Assembly (NCBI GenBank): GCA_030264375.1
Contig: JASCQW010000137.1
Coordinates: forward strand, 27,186,299-27,250,298
Direction: 5' to 3'
Length of the DNA stretch: 64,000 nucleotides
Origin: Carcharhinus longimanus
Taxonomy: Eukaryota
Under the pieces are notes generated by a model. The model was not told where the DNA came from, did not search any database, and saw only the letters and a list, made by a program, of their open reading frames with translations. Position 1 is the stretch's first letter. Every line of letters begins with the position of its first letter. Both the position numbers and the translations under genes were made by a program. Below are positions 38,809 to 51,579 of the stretch, piece by piece.

Positions 38809-38926
38809 AAAGCTCAGGAGAAAACCAGACAATCCCAGACACTCATGACTGGAATGGTGTGACACATCATCTCCACCAAGTGCAGGGCAAACAGTATTAA
38901 ATGTTAAAGAAACAGTGAGGATATTA

Positions 38927-39275
38927 TGTGGCACAGTGGTTAGCACTGCTGCCTCACAGTGCCAGGGACCCAGGTTCAATTCCAGCCTCGGGTGACTGCC
39001 TGTCTGGAGTTTGCTTGTCCTCCTCGTGTCTGCGTGGGTTCCCTCCAGGTGCTCCGGTTTCCTCCCAAGTTGTGCAGGTTAGCTGGCTTAGCCATATTAA
39101 ATTGCCCCTTAGTGTCCCAAGATGTGTGGGTTAGGAGGAATTAGCCATGGGAAATGTGTGGGGTTACAGGGATAGGGCGGGGAAAAGGGCCTGGGTAAGA
39201 TACACTGTCAGGAAGTCGGTGCAGGCTCAGTGGGCCAAATGGCCTCTTCTGCATTGTAGGAATTCTAGGATTCTA
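38927..39275 (+). mobile_element. HE1-like V-SINE, full length, CR1-type tail
   Basis: gtggcacagtggttagcactgctgcctcacagtgccagggacccaggttcaattcc...tgggccaaatggcctcttctgcattgtaggaattctag. Confidence 0.9.
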
Positions 39276-39340
39276 AAAAGGAACAGAGAAAAGGGAGGAC
39301 ACAAACACACCAAAGAACTGGAATTTCATGTTAACACTAT

Positions 39341-39468
39341 GGGGTGAATTTTCCCATTCTACCTACCATGGGAATCGTAGCGGGCAGGGGAGGACCATGG
39401 AAAGATCCATTGACCTCGGGCAGGATTATCCAGTTTTGGGGAGAGCACGGCTGGAAAATTCCACTCTA
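39341..39468. mobile_element. ~130 bp MITE-like element (copy 2)
   Basis: ggggtgaattttccc...ggctggaaaattccactc with the same core as 16130-16260. Confidence 0.7.
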
Positions 39469-41427
39469 TGGGTCAAGGAGTTGAGATAGGGGTCTTAAAA
39501 TAATGGACACAATAACAGGAGCATGAATTACAGTCATGTGATGTGGGGAAAGGACAGTGAAAGCGGACTAAGTGGGTTGCTTGTTAAGAGTGCTGACAAA
39601 GGTGGAATGGACCAGGTTGTTGCCTTTGATGCTATGAATTTTCATAAATAAAGCTGCAGCCAGAAGTGTACCGGGAGGCACTGTATCACTATACCAACAC
39701 CACAACTTGTCCTTAAAGCCACAGATTGAGCCAGTAATGCTGGTATAGGAATCAGCAAGATTTCAGAATGAATCAGCCCCATTTGCACTAAAAGTTTTAG
39801 AATTAGTATTCATCCATCAAATATCCCAAGGATAATTTGTAACAATTATCACAATTTAGCAGAATGCATTTAACTTTTCACAGGAACATATCGAGGCTTG
39901 TGATGTTGGAAAGGTGTGAAAGATTAGGGCTGAGTTCCATCCTGTACTATCCCAGATCTGTAACTGGAGAAATCTGATGCTTATATTTTGCTCTACAGTG
40001 TGTAATCTATGAGGCAGCTACGAGATTGTCCACTTGCCTCTTTCAGCAGGGGAGAGACACTTCCTGGAACAGACATCAGCCCAGTTTATTGGCAGAAAGG
40101 CTTTCACTGTAATCCAAAAAGCCCTCCTGATGATCACAGGCAAAGTGGATTAGTTTAAGCCGTGGCAGTCAAAACCTAACTGAGCTGATTGGAGGAAATT
40201 GCCTGTAATTTGTAATTGAGGGGAGCTGCTAAAAGTGAGCAGCGGGAGCCCTTGTACAGCCATGTGACACGTCTACATTTCAGCATTACCCCCTGAGGAG
40301 GCAGAAAATCAAATGAGTCACAGCTTTCACTGAATTCCTGTTGGATGCTTAGTGACTTGTGATGATACCAATCATCAGCAAGGCTTGGCCCCTGCCCAAT
40401 CAACGACCCCCCTCTCTTGTGAGAGACTTTGCGGGAAGTTTTAACAGATTATACATATGGGACTCCACTAATTTACTCTCATCCTTAAAGAATGGAACAG
40501 AGTTACACAGGTCTCTGAGAATTGTCACAGGCGTTCTGCCTTTCTATAATGTGACTTAAATTACAGATCTCTAATCACCATTTTCTGAGCAGTTTGAATT
40601 GCAGAAATATAATTTGTCCGTCTCTTGTATGGGATAGATAAGTAAGACATACATCCTATGTGAATGGCAGGTATAGAAAATATATCAATGTGCGTATATT
40701 TTTTAAGGATTGGAAGGGTTCCCATTATTTTTTTCAGTCCTTACAGTTGGCCTTGTGATTTGAGGGTGAGTGTTGAAATAATGAGATCCGATGGCAGTAG
40801 GCTGCTGTTCGTTTCAAGATTATCGTTTGACACAGACACAATACATCCAATGTTGCCATTTAAGTTGATACGCTTAATTGAATCAAAATTATCAGCAAAG
40901 TCTGATCTCTGTGAAATGTGAGTTTTATAGACTGTGGTCTTATTTACTGCAGATGTACATAGTTATCTAGAGGCATCCACATCCCAAGGATAATTTGTAA
41001 TAATTATCACGATTTCGAGGAACACTTTTAACTTTTCACATGGGAAAGAAGTATTTCTCTAAGTACATCCAGAAAAGAAATTTTGCTTGGCCGATTTCAA
41101 GTATTTTCATTTTATATCATATAATTACATGTGTAAAGGCCACTTGGTGCAATTTTAATTGCAAACTAGAGATTTTATCCCATAATTGCAAGTATTTGCT
41201 ATTTTAAGTAACGGTCACTGAAGAGTTATCAGCCCCTTATGACTGTATACATCCTTTATTTTATATTCTTCACTCAATGTTTTTCTTGTACCATGGACAT
41301 ACCATCTAAAAAAAAAGAAATGTGATTATTTTTGGCACTGAAAACTTGTGCAAAAGCTTTAATATCTTATATGAGTTACTTCTTGACCTTCACTATAAAC
41401 AAGTGACTGCTAATTTCAGAATCAATG

Positions 41428-41695
41428 CAGTGGCAGAGGGTTAGCACTGCTATCTCACAGCACCATGGACCCGGGTTTGATTTCCATCACTGTCTGAGCA
41501 GAGTCTGCACATTCTCCCCGTGTCCACGTGGGTTTCCTCCCACAATCTGAAGACGTGTTGGTTAGATGCATTGGCCATGCTAAATTCTCCCTCGGTGTAC
41601 CCGAACAGGCACTGGGGTGTGGTGACCAGGGGATTTTCACAGTAACTTCATTGTGGTGTTAATGTAAGCCTACTTGTGACTAATAAATAAACTAT
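41428..41695 (+). mobile_element. V-SINE, second tail type
   Basis: Head, V-domain and ggggattttcacagtaacttcattg...actaataaataaact tail. Confidence 0.88.
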
Positions 41696-42159
41696 ACTTT
41701 ATCTGGTTAGCTCAAAATCTTGATATAAATTCTTTATGTTATTCTTTACAATTTCCAATCTCTGCAGTTTAAGCTATTTCTAAACCTAAAATGATTTGAT
41801 ATTGATATTTGAAGTTTTGAATTTCATCTGAGCTCCACCAGACAGTATGCCAAAACTGTGTATGAACACTCCTGTGGGTGAAAAATTAAATGCGAGGTTA
41901 GTCATTCAAACTGTCCATTGTAGTTTCGGAAGATCGTTGGGGACATGGCTTTTGCCAGGAATCAGCTGGTGACTAATAAGTTGCAGCAACCATGTTGGAT
42001 CACCGTTCCTGCATGGATGTAATTATCTGTCAGGGATGTGAAGCACAGTTAACCCACAATGACAGCTCAACCAATGCAAAAAAAATGACCATAATTTAAC
42101 CCATACATTGAGTTGAACTAGTTTATTTGAGTTCCAGAATTGGTTTCTAAGCAAAGATG

Positions 42160-43040
42160 GAGAAGGGAATTTTAAACCCGAAAAATGACAGGATTTTGGT
42201 CAGGCAAAATTTTTTTTAACTCAAACCTGTATCCAATCCACATCAAACCTGCCCAATTGCAATTTTAACAGAGGCAGAATGGAAAAGCTGGCAATAGATT
42301 AGCTGCCAAGGGTCAGTTGCTCGTATAAATATTTTAATGCAGCTACATGCCTCAGACTTTCTCGCTCTTTCAGGTTTAACCTGGCAGCTAAAGGAAGGTG
42401 ATGACTGTTGCACAGAAAAGGTAAGTGCTGCTCCAGAACAGCCTGTGGACCAAGAGGAGCAGGACTGCTTCCTCCATCCTCCTCCTCAAGTTAAGCTGCT
42501 TTCTTTCCCGCGATCAGACTTCCCTCAAGATCACTGACCATGAAGCAATCTGACCTCACTGCAGTGATCACTGACCCCCTTCCCTGCAATCACAGACACC
42601 AATGATCACCAAATCCACCCCTCCACCCACCCTGTCATCGAGCCCCTGTCACAATCAATCACAACCCAGTGATTACCAGCTTCTCCTGCAATTACTGATC
42701 TCCCGCATGATTGAATGGCGAGAGATCAGTAATCATGTTGGACCCATCTATTCCCAGTGGTCACTCCTCACAATCTTTGCTCCCAACGTCTCCAGCCCCC
42801 ATAACAATCATCCCCCCAATCCTCCNNNNNNNNNNNNNNCCCCAATCCTACATGGCATACTGTATCCACCCCCTCCTCTGATTTGTAAGCCAGGGTAGCA
42901 ACCTCTTCTGCAGTGTTCTCCACCCAATAGGGTAACAGGCCTGGCAACCAGCTCCAGAGTATTCAGGGAATCTAAACTCCAGCACCTACCCCACTCACCC
43001 CCTCTTTGAAATCCCATGGTAGTGAAGATCAGGGCCATAA
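42160..43040. repeat. Probable non-autonomous DNA transposon relic with a C-rich degenerate tandem array (~42510-42720)
   Basis: Recurrent (c/g)atcac / ccc..g(c)aatc units and C-rich strand bias. Family not identified. Confidence 0.35.
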
Positions 43041-43139
43041 CCTCAAGATTATTTGAGCTTCACTATCTTCAATCACTGAGGTTTATCAAATTATCTCAAA
43101 TATTGCAAATTTGGAGACTATTTGACATAGAAGAAACTG

Positions 43140-43425
43140 TTTATTTTTTCATGTCACAAGTAGATTCATTAAAACTGCAATGAAGTTATTGTGAAAATCC
43201 CCTAGTCATCACACTCCGGTGCCTGTTCGGGTACACTAAGGGAGAATTTAGCATGGCCAATGCACCTAAACTTTTGGACTGTGGGAGGAAACCGGAGCAC
43301 CCGAAGGGAACCCACGCAGACACAGGGAGAACATGAAGTCTCCACACAGACAGTGACCCAAGCCAGGAATCAAACCCAGGTCCTTGGAGCTGTGAGGCAG
43401 CAGTGCTAACTACAGTGCCACTGTG
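43140..43425 (-). mobile_element. V-SINE, second tail type
   Basis: Reverse complement of the family seen at 41428-41695. Confidence 0.9.
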
Positions 43426-43881
43426 CAATACTGGTTTCAATTAGGTCCAGACTAACCGGATGAAAGTCTCTTTAGTGTCTGGGCTGCAAGTGAAGTGGAT
43501 TTAGACAATCTCACAGCCTATTTCTCAGCTGACGGAATAAACTGCCCACATTTGATTCCAAATTAGAAATCTCATGCAAAGTATCAAAAGACAGTTGGTA
43601 TTGGTCATAGACAACTTATCAGTCTGGATTGGTGGGAAATGCTCATCAATGATTACAATTGAGCTACACCACTGTTGAAATAAGGTAGATGGCAGCTTAT
43701 ACAGCATCTAAATACTACACCTGATCTCAGGATGTTTGATGCTGATCCTGGGTTCCTAAAAGTGCTTACTTTTGTTGAGCACACAGCCTCACAAAGTAAA
43801 ATGACATTATTGTCATCTGATTAACATAACATCCGTGTGGGAGTGCAGTTTACATCCCGTTAACTCTTTGATTTCAACTTT

Positions 43882-44096
43882 AGAACCATAGAATCCCTAC
43901 AGTGCAGAAAGAGGCCAATCAGACCACCAGGTCTGCTCCGACACTGAGCATCTTATCCAGGCTCACAGCCCCACCCTATCCCCGTAACCCCGTGCATTTA
44001 CCGTGGCCAATCCACCTAATTGACATGTATTTAGACTGTGGGAGGGAGCCGGAGCACCCAGAGGAAGCCCACACAGATACAGGGAGAATGTGCAAA
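43882..44096 (-). mobile_element. HE1-like V-SINE, CR1-type tail, cut by an N gap
   Basis: agaaccatagaatccctacagtgcagaaagaggcc...gactgtgggagggagccggagcaccc. Confidence 0.85.
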
Positions 44097-47000
44097 NNNN
44101 NNNNNNNNNNNNNNNNNNNNNNNNNNNNNNNNNNNNNNNNNNNNNNNNNNNNNNNNNNNNNNNNNNNNNNNNNNNNNNNNNNNNNNNNNNNNNNNNNNNN
44201 NNNNNNNNNNNNNNNNNNNNNNNNNNNNNNNATCTAATAATGGTGTACCTTAATTTTCGGTCAAATGTAAATGTTTATAGTTCCCTTTGAGCTGCCAGTG
44301 AGATCAGCATCCATATAAACCCACAGCAGCCAAAATAAGAATGCTTGTTTCTATGATTCCAGTGTTAGATTTAATATTTCTCCCTGGGGCAGACAGTGAA
44401 CAGAAGTGAAACCAGTCATTGTCATGTCTCACCCCTGGCCAGCAGGTTGAAGTAGTGAGGATCCAATGAAAACTGTATGTCAGTTTACTTTATCCTCCCC
44501 ACATTCCTGAATAAAAACTGAGAAGAATTGGTTACCTGAAGACAGATTGAATAACAAGAGTAGATCGAAGGGCATAACTGATTTCTAGTCATCAGTTTGA
44601 GCTGCTATTGTACAAATTTTATCACAATTTCAAAACTTGTTTCTCCACCAAAATATATATAAATGTACTTTGGGGAGGGCAGTATTATGCAAAATCTAAA
44701 ATTGAAGAGCATTTGTTTCAACCTTGGAATGCTTTTCATTTTGATTTTGGAACTGTGCCAAAAGTCTTGCTTCAATCACCTGGAACTCATACCCAATTGC
44801 TCTACTGCCATTCACCTCAGCGTACTCTTGAAGTTTCCTGCTGCACTGTATCTTTTGCAAGTGCATATGTTAACAGTTAACAGTTCCAAAGGCAGAAGTA
44901 TCTATGTGGGGGGTGGGGGTGCCAAGACTGCATTTGCCATAATATTCCTGTCTTTGCAACTAAGATTTATCGTAGCTTTTTCAGTATTACATGAACACTG
45001 AATTACGTACACAGACTCCAAGCCTAGCGAATGATCGCATCACAGCAGTCCAATATGATCATCTTACACATACTTTATTATTATATATCATTAGCTACCA
45101 AATATTGTTTTCCAGCTTCATTAATGGTAGGCCCATTAGGATTACTTTACTTCAGAATTTGCTTTACTAGAATGGGAATATGATTTAGAAATGGTTATTT
45201 ATGTATGGAAGTTTGAGTGGAGATGCCTTTGCCAATTTAAAGGAAATTGCATACAACTGGATTCTCAAGAGCAAAGAATTATTTGAATTTGAACTTCCAT
45301 ATTGATGTGCGTTTCTCCCTTGGGTGTGAGGCAAAGAAAACCAAGGTCTTATTTTTCCAATCATATTGCCAACCATAACCCATTAAAATGAATGGACTGC
45401 TCTCGGCTTTTTGATTGGAAAACTTAGGCTAATAGTTAGAACATTTAATTTCTACTTTAGTAAAATCTGGATAAACAGTTTGCGCATCATCTCAAGGGGC
45501 TATCTTGTTTCCTAACCTACCGATTTCCTGTCCTGATGGCACTGACTCCTTGCTAGGGTATGGTTCTACAGGCACCCGTCACTCGCCGCTACTTTACTCA
45601 AGTGACTATTCCTCATTCAATGATTGTTCACAGACTATTGGACTGCAAGGGCACGTCCAACTGGGAATGAAACCTGCTCGGCACGGTCCAGCTACTCACT
45701 GGATAAACTTGCAATACTGTCAAGGGATCCGAAGGGGCCAATTTTCGAACACAGCTCCACGCTGCACCTCCCAAGTGTAAGTTCTGGTCATAAATTACGT
45801 TGCGTAAACTGCAACATCAGCGTGGTTCAGTGGCATCAGTTGGTTCCAGCTCGATTTACTATGCCAAAGTGTTTGTATGTTTGGTGATATCAGGATGTTA
45901 CACACCAATCAAATATCTGTCACATTAACATTTATATTTGCTTTCATTTTAATAGTGCCAGAAGGTAAGTGTAGCAAGAGCAAATATAAAAAGCATGTCT
46001 CTTTTTCCTCATTACTTCTGTTAACTATCTGATGACTAAAAGACTTCAACACTTCAACATTTTAAAGCACATAGAGTAGACTTGCAACATTTTTTGAGGG
46101 GGCAATTAGATTTCTTCATTCAGTGCACCCTTGCCACGTGCAGTTTTTTTGACATGTAGAAATGCAACTGCTGACGTGAGGACGTTCAAGTTGGAGTAAC
46201 AACAGTAACATTCACCTGGGTTTGAAGATGTTAGCCCTTTGAACTGGCTTTCCCACAGATAACCCATCAACCAACTGGCTTTTGAGCCTTTCTCTTCCAT
46301 TTGATTTGAATTTGCGATGTGACGAGGGATTCAAAATGAGTTTGACCATCTTGTAATTGAATGTTCTCACACATGTCTTCGCAAACCAATCTGGGGATGA
46401 AATTAAACGGTGCAATTTCTGTACAAATGCTTAACATGTTGGACACAGAATTGCTTTGTCCACAGTTGTGAGGGAGGTGTTCTACCGCGGGTGATGCCTT
46501 CACCGAAAAGCAGAGGAAGGGATTTCTAAAACAAGTGCATCTGTGCACGAACGTTGCAGTATTGTGCGATTTCATCCCAAAAGAATTTCAATAGTTAATG
46601 GAGACTAAAGGCATCTAGAGGATACGAATTCCTGAAATGTTTGCTTTAATAACTGCTACAAATCTGTACTTTACAGGAACATACGGTTCAATCTTATACA
46701 GTTGCTTTAAAAACCTCCAAAAGAATGTTGGCAGGAATGATTGTCGGATGCCATCTCGGACTGTTTCTTTGTGTGATGGCCATTTATAACCATTGTGCAA
46801 TCAAACTGGCCCTGATCACAGACTGCTACTGGCATGCATTAATAATCAGTTAATGGACACCATCTGCTCCATCATTATTGTTGGTTGCAAAATGATAAAA
46901 CCAATTGGTCATTCTCCTCGAGTGTGTTAGATTGTTTGTTAACTGTTGTATCCATTGCAAACCCCACTAAAAACAGTAAAAATTGTTGTTGTAACTACAG

Positions 47001-47254
47001 TATTTATAAAATATTTTTAAAAATTTGAACGAATTAAAAAGCACCAGCACCTTACGTTTCTTCTTTTTGATGTATCCATAGGGAGTGTACTGTTTAAAGA
47101 GGGTGTAGTCAGAGAGTTACCCTCTTAAAAAGGTATTTCCTCTTGCTTCCACATGAAAATATTGTAATGACAACCGATTCTTAATGGTGTTAGACAGTAA
47201 CCAAAACATTGCAGCAATGATGATCAGGATGGATGTGCTTGTATCAATATACAA

Positions 47255-48062
47255 AAATCAGCCATTCAACCTCTCGAGGCTGCGTTGCCATTTGATAAGA
47301 ACATGGCTAGATTAGATGGGACTAGGACTAGACAGGATAATGCAGGGAGGATATTCCCGATGGTGGGGGAGTCCAGAACCAGGGGTCACAATCTGAGGAT
47401 TAGGGATAGACCATTAAGGACGGAGGTGAGGAGATGTTTCTTCACCCAAAGAGTGGTAAGCCTGTGGAATTCATTAACACAGGAAGTAGTTGATGCCAAA
47501 ACATTGAATGTCTTCAAGATGCAGCTGGATATAGCACTTGGGGTGATTGGGATCAAAGGTTGTGGGGAGAAAGCAGAATTAAGTATTCAGTTGGATGATC
47601 AGCCATGATCGGAATGAATGATGAAGCAGGCTCAAAGGGCCAAATGGCCTCCTCCTGCTCCTATCTTCTATGTTTCTGTGTTTCTATGGCTGATTTATCT
47701 GTGTTTCGAATTCCACGATTCCATCTACCCCCCGATAACCTTTGATTCTCTTTCCGACCAAGGATCCTCCTACCTCCACTTAAAAATATTCAATGATCCT
47801 GCCTCCAACCCTTTTGAGTTCCAAAGTTGCACAACCGTCTGAGAGAAAAAAAATCCTCTCATCCCTGTCTTAAAAGGGAGCCCCCTAATTTTAAAACAAT
47901 GCCGCCCTTGTTATGGATTCACCCACAAGAGGAAACATCCTTTGCATGTCCACCTTGTCAAGATCACTCAAGATCTTATATACCTCAATCAGATAAACTC
48001 TCACTCTTCTAAACTGCAGTGGAAACAAGCCCACTCTGTCCAATCTTTCCTCATAAGACAAC
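47255..48062. mobile_element. CR1 3' end on - strand with a + strand CR1 3' end (47330-47690) nested inside
   Basis: IFPMVGESRTRGHNLRIRDRPLRTEVRRCFFTQRVVSLWNSL plus tail. The flanks ccattcaacctctcgag...gataagaacatggct / gattt...aattccac are contiguous CR1 tail sequence. Confidence 0.8.
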
Positions 48063-48064
48063 TA

Positions 48065-48660
48065 AATTTCTGCTACTCAAACTGCTATGCATTTCTTCTG
48101 GGACTTTCTGGTCCCAGCTATCATGAAATGCTTGCCTTGGGGAACTCTTTTGGAGCAGATTTAGGGGAAGACAGGACATGCTCTCTTTTTATGACATTCA
48201 CTGGTAAGTTTAAAGGTCAAGTCTTTGAATGTTAGCAAATGAATGAATGAATGGGGAGGTGTACGAGTGGGGGTTTGGGCCGTGATGGTCATCAGATTGG
48301 GGAGGAGGGGGGCAATAGTCATGTCTGGTCAGGAGGGTGGTCAGTTGCGTTGGAGGATAGCTGGGATGTCAGAGGAGGAGGCTGGTGACCAGGAGTGCTC
48401 GGGGGAGAGGGGTAGGTGGCAATTGGGGAATAGGTTATGTAGTTACCCAGATGTCAGAACAGTTTTTAATTTGTGCAATGTTTCCTGAGTAACTATCACG
48501 GACCCGCCCAAAATCTCTGACTCGGCCAACTCAGAGCTAGAGATGATACTGGAGAGTGGGGAATTCACATTTTCTGTGCAATTCCCACATAGGTATGCAC
48601 ATCAGGACATCCACAAGGTGCAGATGTGCATCTTCAGTCGTACATCCAGTCTCTGATCAT
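48065..48660. repeat. Unclassified hairpin-rich repeat (copy 3)
   Basis: ggagcagatttagggg...gtttaaaggtc, G-rich spacer, tagttacccag...ctgagtaacta hairpin, gtggggaatt...aattcccac hairpin. Confidence 0.55.
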
Positions 48661-50214
48661 CTAAACCATTCAAAATTTCTAAACCAGAATTTTTAAAAAT
48701 GTATTCGAGGGTTGTGAGGATTGTGGGTAAGACCAACATTTATTGGCTGTCCCTAATTGCCCTTGACAAGGTGGCATTGTGTTTCACGTGGCAATTTGAA
48801 TCCATAATAACAAGATCAAATTCTGTGTTCACTCCAACTGTGCTCGAGTACTAAAGCTGATTCGCAAACCACAAGGCTGATATGGCGAATGTTCAAGTAT
48901 TTGAGAAAATTGAGCACGTTTTAGCCCACTTTGGTTTTTCAGTGATACATCTCCATGAAGTAGTGGTTGGTCACACACACAGCAATCATTTACTGATTCT
49001 AGATCCGATGTCTGCTGAGCTATGTCAAAAATTGCACTTTGAAAATATCACATGGTGCATAACAATCTTCAACTGTGGTAAGTAAAAGGATACAAGGCCC
49101 CATAAACTATTACAGAATCAAACAACATTTCAAAGAGGATATTTTGGGGGAATGAGTTCCTCTGTTCACTAATTGTAGAAAAATTGGAGGCAGTTTCTTT
49201 GTAAACAGGCTTATCAGTTGTTACAAATAGCGCATGAAGGAATTCTTCCCATGTCTATCAACACAAAGCAAATATCAGAGAGCAGTTCAGCACGGCCTGT
49301 CTTTAACTGCTTTTCCGAGAAGCACCAACTATAATTTCCAACCACATAGACATTTTTTTATTTGTGATAACTAATCTTAGGAAATGTCCCCATGGAAATA
49401 ATGAGATAAAGTACAAGTTATATTTGAGATACACAAGTATTGGGAAATGTTTTCTTTGATTGCATTGAGAATGCACATTGCAAACTTTGCAACACTGATG
49501 GATCAAAACAAAATTGATCAACTTTTTTCAGTGCTGTTGCTGCACAGGGTCAATCTAGATGCAATCTGAATCAAAATATGCTTAAAGTGATTTTTTTGTA
49601 GTATACATCACAAGCTTTTTCTCCTTCAGATAATTGTAGAGAAAGTAATGGAAAGATTCCCAGCCCATTGAACATGTCACAAACATTTCCTCTATGGCCA
49701 ACAGATCCTGGTACAGGACTTGAACCATAAGATACTACTGCACCACAAGATCTGTGCTTAACATTAGTGATTGCTTTATTTTCATAGATTTTACCCGTTA
49801 CCGTTTCTGCAATATTCATTTGACCTTATTTTCATCTAAAGCAAAATCATTGTTTCCGGGAATTTAATGTTATTGCATTATTAAATGAATAGAATCAACT
49901 AAAGTTGAATGATTACAAATGTATTGTTTCGAGGTAACTGCTGCTGGAAGAACTAATTTCTGCCAGTATTATACATGAATGGGATTGAGATTTCACCATG
50001 CACTTTCTCACCAAGTTCAACATAAATGCTGCATTCATCTGAAGAGGGAACTGCAGCTGGTCAGTCGCTGCACTCTTTAAACAGACAGAAATACTGTAAC
50101 ATGAGATAAATGCTCTCTCCAAATTAGGGACTTTCAGCACTTTAAAACAACTTTCACTCCTTTCGCATGTTAAGCATTCAGAGAAAAAAATGTTGGAAGT
50201 TATGAGTTCCCTCG

Positions 50215-50375
50215 GTGTCTCAGTGAATTGAATTTGTGAACAGCTGAACCAGACAGGCCAGTGTCAGGTTTGATCTATGCTCACTGATGCTTCTCCTGCT
50301 AATTTCAGGTGGAGCTTTGGTCAATGTGCTGCAATTAGCCTCAATGCCAGTGTGGGGGAAATTGGCCAGAGTTCT
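50215..50375 (+). mobile_element. LF-SINE-like ancient SINE, 5' part
   Basis: ccagacaggccagtgtcaggtttgatc...gctaatttcaggtgg...caattagcctcaatgcc...gaaattggccagagttc resembles the LF-SINE consensus as I recall it. Followed by a CR1 tail (-) at 50385-50640. Confidence 0.45.
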
Positions 50376-50910
50376 CTAAGTCATGGAGACAGTGCAGCAC
50401 AGAAAGGGACCATTTGGCCCATCGGATCCAAGCAGGCTCTCCATAGAGCAATCCAATTTGTCCCATTCCCCCTCCCTAGTCGTGTAGCACCCCAGGTTTA
50501 TTTCCCTCAAGTGCCCATTCAGTTTCCTTCTGAAACAATTTATTGTCTCCACTTCCACCACCGTTGGGGTCAGTGAGTTCCACAGTATTATTATGCTTCC
50601 TCACATCCCCTCTGTATCTCTTGCACAAGATCTGAAGACTATCTTGCAAACCCCCACTGGAAGTACACACCTGAGAAGGTTCAGCAAGGAAAGAATAAGA
50701 TTTGGTGTCAATGCTTCCTATGTTATAGCCTATATTCACGATCGAAGCTGAAACATAAATATTGGTCACTTAAACAAGGTAATGGAGAATGACCAGTGCC
50801 ATCTCAGGAAAGGGAGGAAGCAGATTGACAGCTTTTCTTTTAAGATATTTGTTGCTCTTGTCAATTTTTTCCCCATCTTTCTTTCCTGTAGGCATCTGAT
50901 TCCACAATTA

Positions 50911-51062
50911 TCATAGAATCATAATGGTGCAAAAGGAGGCCATTTGGCCCATCTAGTCTGCACCGACAACAATTCCCCCTTAACTCCACATATTGACAAG
51001 TGCCCCTGACACTAAGGGGTAATTTAGCTTGGCCAATCAACCTAACCTCAACATCTTTGGCG
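50911..51062 (-). mobile_element. HE1-like V-SINE 3' fragment
   Basis: catagaatc...aggaggccatttggcccatc...gacactaaggggtaatttagcttggccaatcaacctaacc. Confidence 0.8.
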
Positions 51063-51391
51063 ATGTGTTTTTAAAGATGCTACATATCCTCTGTTACCTC
51101 ATCTGACTGGAAAACATTCATGTGTCAGCCTTGATCGTGAGTACCGCCATAACCATGTCCAATCCTCTCTCACCCAAACCTACAGCCATGCACTGCCAGC
51201 AGGATTTCAGGTATTGATTAATACCTAAGGCAGGGACTCTATAAGGCCAGTGATTGTCATTCCTATCGTTCTCCTAGCTGGCATTTAAACACCAAAGACT
51301 GAGCATAAAAGATTTAACCTGTCTGATTTCTCACTGGACAACTTTAATGGGTTTGGGAGAGTTATTTAATATTATACGTTTACTGATACTG

Positions 51392-51512
51392 TGGATGGGA
51401 TTTTCCAGCCTTGCTCACCCCGAAACCGGAAAATCCCGCCCGAGGTCAATGGATCTTTTCATGGTCTGTCCCTTATCTGCTCCGATTCCCATTGAATGGT
51501 GAAATTCACCCC
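51392..51512. mobile_element. ~130 bp MITE-like element (copy 3, inverted)
   Basis: gggattttccagcc...ggaaaatcccgcccgaggtcaatgg...gaaattcacccc. Confidence 0.7.
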
Positions 51513-51579
51513 CAGATTTTCACGAAGTATCCTTACAATGACTGTTTGAAAACTGACAGTTCTTGTGCAGTATTTTAAT

